64,000 bases of DNA from a virus, in the IMG/VR virus record IMGVR_UViG_3300008116_000004; one strand, 5' to 3'. The notes beneath the pieces are model-generated. The model had not been told where the DNA came from. It saw only the letters and a list, made by a program, of their open reading frames with translations, and made no database searches. The position numbers were made by a program, and so were the translations under genes. The stretch's first letter is position 1; every line of letters starts with the position of its first letter. Shown piece after piece: positions 1 to 8,384 of the stretch.

Positions 1-63
1 TAGGATTCGAACCTACAACCGCTCGATTAACAGTCGAGAGCTCTACCATTGAGCTACCACGAA
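1..63 (-). tRNA. tRNA-Asn(GTT), 3' end truncated by window edge
   Basis: Reverse complement TTCGTGG-TA-GCTC AATGGTA GAGC-T-CTCGA CT GTT AA TCGAG-CGGTT-GTAGG TTCGAAT CCTA: D arm, anticodon arm with GTT, T arm. Confidence 0.93.
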
Positions 64-69
64 AAACTT

Positions 70-305
70 CTTGTCTCTACAAGGATACATCAGCTATCTA
101 ACTTCCAATACCACTCGTTATTACAGCTGATTACCGATTCTGGGAAGCCTACCTCTACGTATAGTAATGCGCGCACGCTTCGGGCTCTGATGTACCCATG
201 AAGAGACAACTTACGTTGTCCTTCTGCCCTGCTGGAAACCACTTGTACGCTCATTCGAGTCCACGTACCAGTCAGGGGTTGTTCTTATACACTCGGAACA
301 ACATC
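70..305 (-). ncRNA. Candidate structured non-coding RNA(s) upstream of tRNA-Asn
   Basis: No ORF in the track. Long terminal helix TTGTCTCT..GGGTACATCAG / CTGATGTATCC..AGAGACAA (about 71-209, G-U pairs favour the minus strand). Nested stems CCCTG/CAGGG, CTGG/CCAG, TACG/CGTA. Sits downstream of a sigma70-like promoter. Confidence 0.5.
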
Positions 306-312
306 GATTATT

Positions 313-341
313 AATATAGTAAATTTGCAAATTATAATCAA
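313..341 (-). promoter_or_regulatory. sigma70-like early promoter TTGATT-N17-TATATT
   Basis: Matches the recurring AGTTG(C/A)..N17..TATAWT early promoter pattern seen many times in this window. Confidence 0.65.
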
Positions 342-357
342 CTAAAAAAGGACCATT

Positions 358-387
358 AAAAAAGCGGCTCTAGTTTCCTAGGCCGCT
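358..387 (-). terminator. Intrinsic terminator (attenuator candidate)
   Basis: AGCGGC-CTAG-GAAA-CTAG-A-GCCGC followed by TTTTTT on the minus strand. Confidence 0.8.
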
Positions 388-416
388 CAACGTTTGTAAG
401 ACTATAACTATCTAAC

Positions 417-521
417 TTACGTTGAGCGCTCCATATCTTCTGACCATACGCCAGCATTCGGAGCAATCTGTCCGTTAAATGTTTGGCGATAGGTGTGTTT
501 CAGACACGATAGAGTTAGCAT
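417..521 (-). CDS. Putative 34-aa leader peptide MLTLSCLKHTYRQTFNGQIAPNAGVWSEDMERST
   Basis: Read manually. Downstream of the TATAAATA late promoter; its stop codon overlaps the antiterminator arm. Confidence 0.5.
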   Translation of the reverse strand: MLTLSCLKHTYRQTFNGQIAPNAGVWSEDMERST

Positions 522-568
522 TTAATGTTCCGTTTTGTAGTGACAAAATGGTATATTACCATTAAATC

Positions 569-576
569 TATTTATA
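569..576 (-). promoter_or_regulatory. T4-type late promoter TATAAATA
   Basis: Exact gp55 consensus on the minus strand. Confidence 0.7.
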
Positions 577-621
577 CGATTTTGACACTACACTCAGCAA
601 AAAAAAATAATTTAATTGTAA

Positions 622-644
622 TGGGAGGGGAATGACCCCTCCCA
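622..644 (-). terminator. Hairpin, probable terminator after 656..1063
   Basis: tgggagggg-aatga-cccctccca inverted repeat. Confidence 0.6.
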
Positions 645-655
645 ATAATTACTTA

Positions 656-1063
656 TTATTCAGCACCAGCGATGAACTTACGAACAGGGGCTGTAAGAGA
701 ATTTACATACTCTTGTGAATCATCAAGCATTTGATCAATGACCGGTTGAAGTTCGGCACGCTTAGCCAAACGAGCTTCCTCACGCTGAGATGAAGATACA
801 CGCTTCATAGTGTCAAGGTTCTTAGCCTTAATGCCAACATCCTTAAGCAGCTTTGAAACAGATACTTCCTTTGTCTTAACCTTAGCAGCCTTTACTGCCT
901 TAGGAACATCTCCCTTTGCCAATTTCTTATTAGCATTATACAAATAGACCTGAGCGTTAGACTTAGTAACGTTCAAAGTTTTCATGATCTTTGCGACCAT
1001 ATCTTCTTTGTTATAATCAGGTTCAACTTTGATGAAGTTGATAACAGTATTGATATTAGACAT
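656..1063 (-). CDS. Early, Lys/Ala-rich hypothetical protein, possible DNA-binding protein
   Basis: GGAG RBS, early promoter at 1095-1122, helix-turn-helix-like N-terminus and a KAVKAAKVK stretch. Confidence 0.75.
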   Translation of the reverse strand: MSNINTVINFIKVEPDYNKEDMVAKIMKTLNVTKSNAQVYLYNANKKLAKGDVPKAVKAAKVKTKEVSVSKLLKDVGIKAKNLDTMKRVSSSQREEARLAKRAELQPVIDQMLDDSQEYVNSLTAPVRKFIAGAE

Positions 1064-1094
1064 TCACATTCTCCATTTTGATGTCACATATATG

Positions 1095-1122
1095 ATTATA
1101 GTTCATTTCGAAAATAAGGCAA
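1095..1122 (-). promoter_or_regulatory. Early promoter TTGCCT-N16-TATAAT
   Basis: sigma70-like hexamers. Confidence 0.6.
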
Positions 1123-1130
1123 CTGATATT

Positions 1131-1397
1131 TCAGCAGTTACCCAGAATTTCTCTAGCAGCCGGGTAATCGATAAGTTCGGCCAGATCATCCAAGATACCG
1201 TCCCAAGAGAAGTAGCCGTTTCCAGCATGATTCTTCTGGACGATCTTAAGAGTATCCATAGCTGAAAGTTTCAAAGTCGTATCATTCTTAAGAATGTTAC
1301 CAGCAAATTCCAGTACAAAATCTTCGTCTGAATAATTCATGCGAGTTCCCTTCTTCATAAACGTATCGCTCATTTCGTTACTCTCTGTTCTCATCAT
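1131..1397 (-). CDS. Hypothetical early protein
   Basis: ORF directly downstream of the promoter at 1404-1432. Confidence 0.6.
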   Translation of the reverse strand: MMRTESNEMSDTFMKKGTRMNYSDEDFVLEFAGNILKNDTTLKLSAMDTLKIVQKNHAGNGYFSWDGILDDLAELIDYPAAREILGNC

Positions 1398-1403
1398 ATT
1401 ATT

Positions 1404-1432
1404 AATATAGCGGTATTTGGAAATTAATGCAA
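1404..1432 (-). promoter_or_regulatory. Early promoter TTGCAT-N17-TATATT
   Basis: Recurring early promoter motif. Confidence 0.65.
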
Positions 1433-1433
1433 C

Positions 1434-1580
1434 TTATTTTTTAATGTATTCTAAGAGAATTTTGAAGAAATTAGTTTTATATTTGTAAACCATTGATTCA
1501 CAAGTAGAATCCATGTAAAAAAGATGGAATTTTGGTGTAAATTTATAGAGAATATTATGGATAAAATTTGGCATATGCAT
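1434..1580 (-). CDS. Small hypothetical protein (start revised from 1640)
   Basis: GGAG RBS upstream of the ATG at 1580; the annotated upstream part overlaps the promoter at 1612-1640. Confidence 0.45.
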   Translation of the reverse strand: MHMPNFIHNILYKFTPKFHLFYMDSTCESMVYKYKTNFFKILLEYIKK

Positions 1581-1611
1581 TTTAAGGTTCTCCATCATTC
1601 TTTCTATTATA

Positions 1612-1640
1612 ATAATAGTATTTTTAGGAAAATAATGCAA
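1612..1640 (-). promoter_or_regulatory. Early promoter TTGCAT-N17-TATTAT
   Basis: Recurring early promoter motif. Confidence 0.6.
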
Positions 1641-1654
1641 CTGTTATTTTCACA

Positions 1655-1718
1655 AAAAAACCCAATAAAATCAAGGAGTTACAAAAAAAGTTAACTCATT
1701 GAAATCATTGGGTTTTTT
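1655..1718. repeat. Imperfect inverted repeat built from two CAATGATTTCAATGAGTTA-type motifs
   Basis: aaaaaacccaataaaatcaaggagtta ... taactcattgaaatcattgggtttttt. Confidence 0.7.
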
Positions 1719-1751
1719 AGGATTACGGATTCTTATGGATTATTACGTATT

Positions 1752-2000
1752 TTAATGCAGTTTTTTACGATATTTTGTGAAATCTACAACGTTTTCATTA
1801 GAAATTTCTAATATAGGATCACCAGTATATTCTTTAAGTCTAAACATTCTATTCTCTTGACCTTCAGGTAGTTCCTGTCCGAGAAGCTGCCATATCTCAG
1901 ATTCGTAAATTACTGATCGACCTGATTGCAATTGAGATGCAAAATAGGATAGAATAACATCTGCTACCCATTCTGCATACTCCTCATCTTCATCCATCAT
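1752..2000 (-). CDS. Hypothetical protein
   Basis: ORF coupled to the helicase stop (ATGA overlap). Confidence 0.7.
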   Translation of the reverse strand: MMDEDEEYAEWVADVILSYFASQLQSGRSVIYESEIWQLLGQELPEGQENRMFRLKEYTGDPILEISNENVVDFTKYRKKLH

Positions 2001-3376
2001 ACTAGTAGCTCACTAAAACGAGATTTCTTTTCTTCACTAATAGCTGGTTTAGGATTATTAAAGACTTTTGTATCGTCGATAAGATTATCTTGTGCTGACT
2101 GTTCTGTGTTAAATAATCTCATCTTTGCTCTATCAATACCAACTACAAATTTCTTATACAATGTAGGATCATTATAACGGTTCTTTAATTGCTTAACCAT
2201 AATCTGACTAACAGCTTCTAACTCATCTGTACTAACTAATGCAAACATCAAATCTGCTGTAGCAGGTAGACCAAAGGACTCAGCAGTATCTGTAAGTTCA
2301 ACGTCGGAATTGCCATAACCACCTCTGGTAGTCTGTGTAGCAGATACAATAGGCACATTAAACTCAACGGCAAGACCACGTAGTTCTTCAGCGATAGCTT
2401 TGATGTACGTGTATGAGTTAACATTAGAACCAGAACGAATTCTGCTACTACTACATATATTAAGATAGTCAATATAGATGACATCGGGTATAAAATTGCG
2501 CTTAATTCTAAGTTCATTAATTAAATGCCTGAAATTAGCTGATCCTGCAGATGCTGTAGGATACTCTTTAATAATTAGCTTACCAACAGTCTTCTCTTTT
2601 ACTCTACCAATCTTCTTATCATAGACGTCTTTTGGCATAATAGTAAGTTCGTCTACTGTTACATTAAGAAGATTAGCATCGATACGTTCTGCAATCTTCT
2701 CTTCTGACATTTCCATTGTAATGTAGAGAACGTTCCTGCCACTCACTAGATTGTGAGAAGCACAATGACACATAAACAAAGACTTACCAACACCAGTGCC
2801 GGCCAGAGCGATATTGAGAGTCTTGCGGACCAAGCCGCCTTTCGTAATCTTGTTAAAGAATTCCAGGTCGAAGGGAATATGTTCTTCCCTGCGATGATAG
2901 AAATCATATCGATTATCGCTATTAAGAAAATAGTCATGACCCACGCTAACATCAAAAGACACCCCAAGAGCATCGCTGAGAAGAGTGGGTATGGAGCCAG
3001 TGCTTGAAGTTCCGGACTTATCATCGAGGATTTTAATCGATGCCATAATTGCATTGTAAATAGCCTTATCCTGACAGAACTTTTCTGTACTATCTAATAA
3101 CCATTGTATGTCCGTGTTATCTGTTTGTAGATCTTCGATTGTACGTTTAGAATCTTTAAACGTTACTTCTGATAGACCTTCTTTATTATTCAACTCAAGA
3201 AACAACACTTCCTTAGTAGGAGTGTTGTTATACTTTTGTACATAATCGGAAATTAATTTATAGACAACCTTATCTGGTTGGTTATGAAAATATTCATCCT
3301 TAAGAAAAGGTAGAACCTTTCTTGCAAATGCTTCGTTATAAATTAAATGCGAAAGTATCGTCTTTTCAATCATCAA
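1997..3376 (-). CDS. gp41: DnaB-like replicative helicase (T4 gp41)
   Basis: Walker A ALAGTGVGKS, YITMEMSEE, IYIDYLNIC, SATQTTR, ESFGLPATAD, QLKNRY. Confidence 0.97.
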   Translation of the reverse strand: MMIEKTILSHLIYNEAFARKVLPFLKDEYFHNQPDKVVYKLISDYVQKYNNTPTKEVLFLELNNKEGLSEVTFKDSKRTIEDLQTDNTDIQWLLDSTEKFCQDKAIYNAIMASIKILDDKSGTSSTGSIPTLLSDALGVSFDVSVGHDYFLNSDNRYDFYHRREEHIPFDLEFFNKITKGGLVRKTLNIALAGTGVGKSLFMCHCASHNLVSGRNVLYITMEMSEEKIAERIDANLLNVTVDELTIMPKDVYDKKIGRVKEKTVGKLIIKEYPTASAGSANFRHLINELRIKRNFIPDVIYIDYLNICSSSRIRSGSNVNSYTYIKAIAEELRGLAVEFNVPIVSATQTTRGGYGNSDVELTDTAESFGLPATADLMFALVSTDELEAVSQIMVKQLKNRYNDPTLYKKFVVGIDRAKMRLFNTEQSAQDNLIDDTKVFNNPKPAISEEKKSRFSELLV

Positions 3377-3630
3377 AGATCTTTCTTTGTGCTCTGTTTA
3401 ACAACTACTGGAATTAACAAATCACCCCAGTAGCCACCTTCTACATGGTGACGAGAGACACGTTGTAATTCTACTGCAAGTCCTAACTCTACACAACGAA
3501 TAACAGCATTATTAACACGGTGTAGATCATTACCAAGCTGACGAATAGCAGATGTTTGCTCATCATTCATAAATGATGTAAACTCTTCTGAGCGTTCCTT
3601 AACCTTAGGTTTATTATTCATCATCGTCAT
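3373..3630 (-). CDS. SMc00767-like small protein (rhizobial aceA-linked acetate-metabolism repressor family)
   Basis: VKERSEE..AIRQLGNDLHRVN..VELQRVSRHH..WGDLLIPVVV resembles the rhizobial family as recalled; not searched. Confidence 0.65.
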   Translation of the reverse strand: MTMMNNKPKVKERSEEFTSFMNDEQTSAIRQLGNDLHRVNNAVIRCVELGLAVELQRVSRHHVEGGYWGDLLIPVVVKQSTKKDL

Positions 3631-4669
3631 CCTGTTCTTCTTGTTGAATCAATGCACCACCCACTAAAGTATATTTGTTTTTAATATAGTTTGCAAAGTC
3701 TGTCTTAGAGAAAATTTCTTTCCATACTGCTCCATTATCTTCAATATCAGCAGCTCTCATTTTCTGACCAGATACTTCACCGGTAGTGCGATCAACAATC
3801 TGATACCATCCGTTAGATGGTTTAACGACATAACCACCCTCAATAGCCAAATCCAAGAGTCCGGACCACTTCTTGATCCCACCTTCATAGCTAACTGTGA
3901 TTGGAATCTTAGACTTCTCTTTAACATAACGTGACTTTTCTACATTAATAATAAAATTATAACCGGCAATCTCACCGCCGTCTTTTTCTTGTTGACGACC
4001 AAGAATCCAGATAGTATCTGCTGAGTAGTAAATACCTGTACCACCACCAACAATTGCCTTAGGGAACATTCCAATTTCCATATATGTATGGTTAACAACG
4101 ATCAATGGAATGTCTTTAAGAGTAAGATGAGGTGTAACCATACGGAAGAGTGACTTAAGAGACTTTGCACGAGACATATCTGCAACAGACTTCTCGTTCA
4201 TAGTATCTTCAACTTCTTTCTTGGAAGCCAAGTTACCAACAGAGTCTATGACAATAACGACCTTATCATCACGTTTTACTTCTGCAAGCTGTTTCATAAT
4301 ATCAAACTTAAGTTGTTCGATATCAGTGATAGGTGTATGAAGCACTCTATCCATATCAATATTGAATGACTCAAAGTACCCCTTAGGAGTACCAAACTCT
4401 GAGTCATAGAATAAAAGAACACTATCTGGGTACTGCTTCATATAAGCCGATGCCATAAGGAGAGAAAAGGCAGACTTAAAATGTTTAGATGGTCCAGCTA
4501 GAACTGTAAGACCAGGTGTCAAGCCTCCATCTACACTACCTGATAGTGCTACGTTCACCATAGGAACGTTAGTTTGAATCATATCTTTCTTACCGTAAAT
4601 TTTAGAATCGGTAAGCACTGCTGTATCTTCTATAGTAGAATTTTTAATCAAACGGTTAATAAGTGACAT
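3614..4669 (-). CDS. uvsX: RecA-like recombinase UvsX
   Basis: AGPSKHFKS, FYDSEFG, IDSVGNLASKKE, GGGTGIYYSAD. Confidence 0.97.
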   Translation of the reverse strand: MSLINRLIKNSTIEDTAVLTDSKIYGKKDMIQTNVPMVNVALSGSVDGGLTPGLTVLAGPSKHFKSAFSLLMASAYMKQYPDSVLLFYDSEFGTPKGYFESFNIDMDRVLHTPITDIEQLKFDIMKQLAEVKRDDKVVIVIDSVGNLASKKEVEDTMNEKSVADMSRAKSLKSLFRMVTPHLTLKDIPLIVVNHTYMEIGMFPKAIVGGGTGIYYSADTIWILGRQQEKDGGEIAGYNFIINVEKSRYVKEKSKIPITVSYEGGIKKWSGLLDLAIEGGYVVKPSNGWYQIVDRTTGEVSGQKMRAADIEDNGAVWKEIFSKTDFANYIKNKYTLVGGALIQQEEQDDDDE

Positions 4670-4688
4670 AATATAGTTTCCTGTACAA

Positions 4689-4940
4689 TTAGCTCTTTAA
4701 TACATTATCCAATTTTTTGATAAATTCATCAATCTTTTTCTCACGATCAGGCCAAACAATATTTGGCTTATCTGGATTTTTCTTAAGATTGTTAAGTAGT
4801 GGCATTATCATTTTATACATTGTCTCAGCTTTTGTCTGAGCTATAGCTGCTTGCTGTTCTTTCTCATTAACTGCATCAGTTAAGTCGTCACTGAAGTCAA
4901 AACCAAAATCGAAATCTAAATCTATTTCATTCTTTGCCAT
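4689..4940 (-). CDS. Conserved phage hypothetical protein
   Basis: FDFGF N-terminus and LKKNPDK..I.WP.R motif; AGGA RBS. Confidence 0.75.
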   Translation of the reverse strand: MAKNEIDLDFDFGFDFSDDLTDAVNEKEQQAAIAQTKAETMYKMIMPLLNNLKKNPDKPNIVWPDREKKIDEFIKKLDNVLKS

Positions 4941-4951
4941 AAGTATATCCT

Positions 4952-7489
4952 TTATACAAAAAACTCTTCTAAGGAACTTTGTTTCTCAACATGCCATCCG
5001 ATAGCATCGAGAATAGTCTTAATAGGTTCGACAAATGCCTTATCATACTGTGTATCATAATCTATGTATTGATCCATACCAAGCTGTCTTGGTAGAGTAC
5101 CTGGGCATGCAAAAACGTTTTCACGTATAGGGTTAGGCATTTTCATATAACAGAACTTAATCTTATCACCGTCTTGAATAAGAGGAAATCTCTGATCAAG
5201 TTTCTTCTTCTTAAGAAGATCATTATAGAGTAGTGCTGCTCTTACGTGAATAGGTAGTGCTTTCTCACCTAGTTTGTATGGTATCTTACCCATACCACCA
5301 TCATGAGTTAATTTACAACCACGGGGAAATGCAACATCTTCAAAAGGTAGAGTACTAAACTCATTACGAAACTTCTGAATAAACTCTTGTGTAGCTTCTT
5401 CAGTTTCGTTCATAATAACATTAATACACTTTTTAATGTTAGCGCGACATGCAGCAGGGGTAGAAGAACGAACAGCTTCGATACCCATCATCTTTAGTTT
5501 AGGTTCTGAATACTGAACACCTTCGTTATTCCATACATTAAGAATATATCGCTTCTTAGCAGTCCAGATGCCTTTATTAGCGATAGCTTCTCGTTTCATT
5601 TTCATTTTCTGATCGTAGGCATTAACATATCCGCTAAGCTGTTCGTAACATGACTCAATAAAAGGTTCAATGCGATCTTCGCATGCACGGTCCAAGAATT
5701 TGACGATTGGTTCAACTGCATCGCCTTCATTAAAAAATTGACCGACCAAAGCGTCAAGCGTGATGTACATAGAATCCGTATCGCAAGCAATGACATAATC
5801 TTTATCCTTAGTCTTAAATAGTTTGTTTAGATACTTGTTCATCTCTCTTTCCATCCACTTAATAGAGAGCTGACCAGATAGTGTAATTGATTCGGCTAAT
5901 TTATTATCAAACCATCTAAAGTATGCGTTAGATAATGCACCATATGCTGAGTTCAATTGAATCTTTTTAGCAAGCTGCATGTTATGGTTTTGTGCAATTG
6001 CCTTCTCAGTTTCTGGTGTAGGATTTACTTCGTGTTCTTTCTTTGCCTCGATCATTCTCTTTTTGTAGATGACACGGTCATCATACATCTTCTGCATCAA
6101 TCGGGGAAGAAAACCTTGATAATCTTTGTCAAACATACAGCCACTAGCAGCACAAGTAAGATTGGAAGATAGAAGCTGATTACGAACAGAAGGCTCGTTA
6201 AGGTATCCATTTAATATTTTCTCCACACCATCTTCACCGTTAATGGCTGAAACGTGACCGACATATGTCTCCGGTGAAATATTATATTGCATAATCAAGT
6301 GAGGATAGAGAGAGTTCAAGTCAAACGAGACAACCCACTTATGCATACCAACCTGAGGATCCTTAACATAGGCACCGATAATCTGTCTTTCTTTCTCGGT
6401 TACCTTAAGTTGAGGAACAACTATGTTCTGACTGAGCAGGTAGTTATGGATGATAACATCCCACATTCTCACAGAGGTAAACGTATCTTGATAGTTCACC
6501 TTAGCATCATAAGCAATAGCAAATACCTGCTCAATCAGTTTCAGTTTATCGTCTAGACGACCAACCAGATCAACGTCTCGAATGTTATACTCAATGAATA
6601 GCTGGTAGTTCTTTTTGTAAAGGTCAAAAAGACTTTCGTATTCAGAATAATCGAGTTTACGTTCACCTAGTTCAATATTAGCAATATGGTCTAGACGATA
6701 TGACTCTTGCATCGTAAAAGTAAATTTACGGTACATCTGCATATAGTCAAGAAGAGAAATGCCTACAGGGACGTAGACTTGGTTATCACGTCCTGCAATA
6801 GTAACAGTTCTTTCTTCTAGAAGTTCCCATGGTGATAGTTTCTTTGCCATACTATCACCAAGGATACGCTTGATGCGGTTAACGATGTAGGGAATATCGA
6901 AGAACTCAATATTCCATCCAGTAACAATATCAGGTGAGAATTGTTTTGCACGCCATACATCTAAGAATTTTAAGAGTAGTTCACTCTCATCTTTACACTT
7001 AAGATATTTTACTTTAGGGTCATCTGTAGTAAACTCACCACAACCAAGAACAACATACATGTCATCTTTCTTCATTGTGATAGCAGTGATCTCTTTGTCA
7101 GCAGTCTGAATATCAGGAAAGCCTTGATCAGCCGCGACTTCGATATCGATATTAACTATAGATATAAGTCTAGGATCATAATCAATATCACCGGAATAAT
7201 AGTCATTAATAAATGGATAAACGAAGTTAGTAAATCCATATGTAGTAAAGCCTTCAATACCATCGTAACGTTTAATAAAGTCACGAGCAGCAGAAGGCGA
7301 ATCAAATTCGACACGGTCAACTTGTTTACCTTTTAAATTACGGTATATAGAGGTGCCATTATTATTCTTTGAGTGAATAAACAAATAAGGTTTACAAGGT
7401 ATAGTATGCTGTACACGTTGACCATCTTCATAACCACGAAGAAGAATATTATTGCGGTTTAGTGCAACAGAAGTATAAAATTTACTCAA
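4952..7489 (-). CDS. gp43: Family B DNA polymerase (T4 gp43); probable TTG start at 7489
   Basis: Exonuclease DIEV and GWNIEFFDIPY; polymerase SFDLNSLYPH, KIQLNSAYG, CDTDS motifs. gp43 homologues begin at SKFYT. Confidence 0.97.
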   Translation of the reverse strand: MSKFYTSVALNRNNILLRGYEDGQRVQHTIPCKPYLFIHSKNNNGTSIYRNLKGKQVDRVEFDSPSAARDFIKRYDGIEGFTTYGFTNFVYPFINDYYSGDIDYDPRLISIVNIDIEVAADQGFPDIQTADKEITAITMKKDDMYVVLGCGEFTTDDPKVKYLKCKDESELLLKFLDVWRAKQFSPDIVTGWNIEFFDIPYIVNRIKRILGDSMAKKLSPWELLEERTVTIAGRDNQVYVPVGISLLDYMQMYRKFTFTMQESYRLDHIANIELGERKLDYSEYESLFDLYKKNYQLFIEYNIRDVDLVGRLDDKLKLIEQVFAIAYDAKVNYQDTFTSVRMWDVIIHNYLLSQNIVVPQLKVTEKERQIIGAYVKDPQVGMHKWVVSFDLNSLYPHLIMQYNISPETYVGHVSAINGEDGVEKILNGYLNEPSVRNQLLSSNLTCAASGCMFDKDYQGFLPRLMQKMYDDRVIYKKRMIEAKKEHEVNPTPETEKAIAQNHNMQLAKKIQLNSAYGALSNAYFRWFDNKLAESITLSGQLSIKWMEREMNKYLNKLFKTKDKDYVIACDTDSMYITLDALVGQFFNEGDAVEPIVKFLDRACEDRIEPFIESCYEQLSGYVNAYDQKMKMKREAIANKGIWTAKKRYILNVWNNEGVQYSEPKLKMMGIEAVRSSTPAACRANIKKCINVIMNETEEATQEFIQKFRNEFSTLPFEDVAFPRGCKLTHDGGMGKIPYKLGEKALPIHVRAALLYNDLLKKKKLDQRFPLIQDGDKIKFCYMKMPNPIRENVFACPGTLPRQLGMDQYIDYDTQYDKAFVEPIKTILDAIGWHVEKQSSLEEFFV

Positions 7490-7793
7490 AGAAAATATCC
7501 AATGTAGGAGAAGGAAGATCGTCTGGCTCAGGGGAGTATCGTTCACGTAATTGTTTCATTATACTATACTCTTTAACATTATCCAACGTAAACTTTAAAA
7601 TATCTAAAGCATCCTGTAGTCGACAATCTCTTACGTCTTTAATAGGTTTACCAAACACACCTTCAAGCACAGAATACATATGAGGTATTGCTCCTCTAAC
7701 AGGATGAGAATCTAAAGGAGGCAATAGCGGTTGCATCTTAGGAGCGTACTCTAAGATTTGTTTACGTATTATGTCTCGGTTGTATTTGTTCAT
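7482..7793 (-). CDS. Hypothetical protein
   Basis: ORF overlapping the polymerase start. Confidence 0.7.
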   Translation of the reverse strand: MNKYNRDIIRKQILEYAPKMQPLLPPLDSHPVRGAIPHMYSVLEGVFGKPIKDVRDCRLQDALDILKFTLDNVKEYSIMKQLRERYSPEPDDLPSPTLDIFFE

Positions 7794-7830
7794 TCTATAT
7801 TTTAGAATGATATTTAAATAAATTCAACTG

Positions 7831-8034
7831 TTACTTATTTTTAGCTCTGGCTTTACCAGCTTTCATGTTAGCTAGCCAGTGTGCTAATTGTCCTTTACGA
7901 CCGCCTTGTTTAGCTATCTTACGTAAAGTAGAGACTGAAGCTTTTGTAGGAACCCCATGACGTTTGCTATCCCCTTTATCTTGAGGATTCTTACCGTCCA
8001 TAAAATTCTCTGTAAATTCTTTAAATGTTATCAT
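7831..8034 (-). CDS. Small basic protein with a T4 internal-protein-like capsid-targeting N-terminus
   Basis: MITFKEFTE resembles T4 IP MKTYQEFIAE; late promoter CATAAATA at 8040-8047. Confidence 0.7.
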   Translation of the reverse strand: MITFKEFTENFMDGKNPQDKGDSKRHGVPTKASVSTLRKIAKQGGRKGQLAHWLANMKAGKARAKNK

Positions 8035-8047
8035 ATATCTATTTATG

Positions 8048-8070
8048 AAAAGAGGGGCCGTAGCCCCTCT
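8048..8070 (-). terminator. Intrinsic terminator
   Basis: AGAGGGGC-TACG-GCCCCTCT-TTT. Confidence 0.8.
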
Positions 8071-8072
8071 AA

Positions 8073-8384
8073 TTACTTGTAAGATGGATTATAGTGTTTA
8101 AAGGCTTCTTTCCAGAAAGATGAATAGAGTTCATCACTCATCTTTGTCTGCATTGCCTTAAACGACTTACCATTCCAAAGCTGTTCTTGGATCTTAGCAA
8201 GTTCACTTGTGATTACACCAACTGCACTTACTGTTGCCTTTACTGCTTCCTTAGTGTATGCAGTCTGAGCATCTACAAACCCGTTAAGACTTTCAGCAAT
8301 AACTGGATTAGTTACTACTGATTTTACTACAGCTTTCTTCGTACTTTGTACTGTATCAATGAATGTGTTAAGTTCTTCCATCAT
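8073..8384 (-). CDS. Phasin-like helical protein (start revised to 8384)
   Basis: AGGAG RBS before ATGATG; amphipathic FIDTVQ..FVDAQT.YTK pattern. Confidence 0.55.
   Translation of the reverse strand: MMEELNTFIDTVQSTKKAVVKSVVTNPVIAESLNGFVDAQTAYTKEAVKATVSAVGVITSELAKIQEQLWNGKSFKAMQTKMSDELYSSFWKEAFKHYNPSYK

Noticed and set aside
70-305. tmRNA, SRP, RNase P, hammerhead or theta ribozyme identity for the structured RNA
   Set aside because: I could not find the diagnostic motifs (tag frame and acceptor end, SRP loop, CUGAUGA/GAAA core, HDV-like nested pseudoknot at a tRNA 3' end); left unassigned
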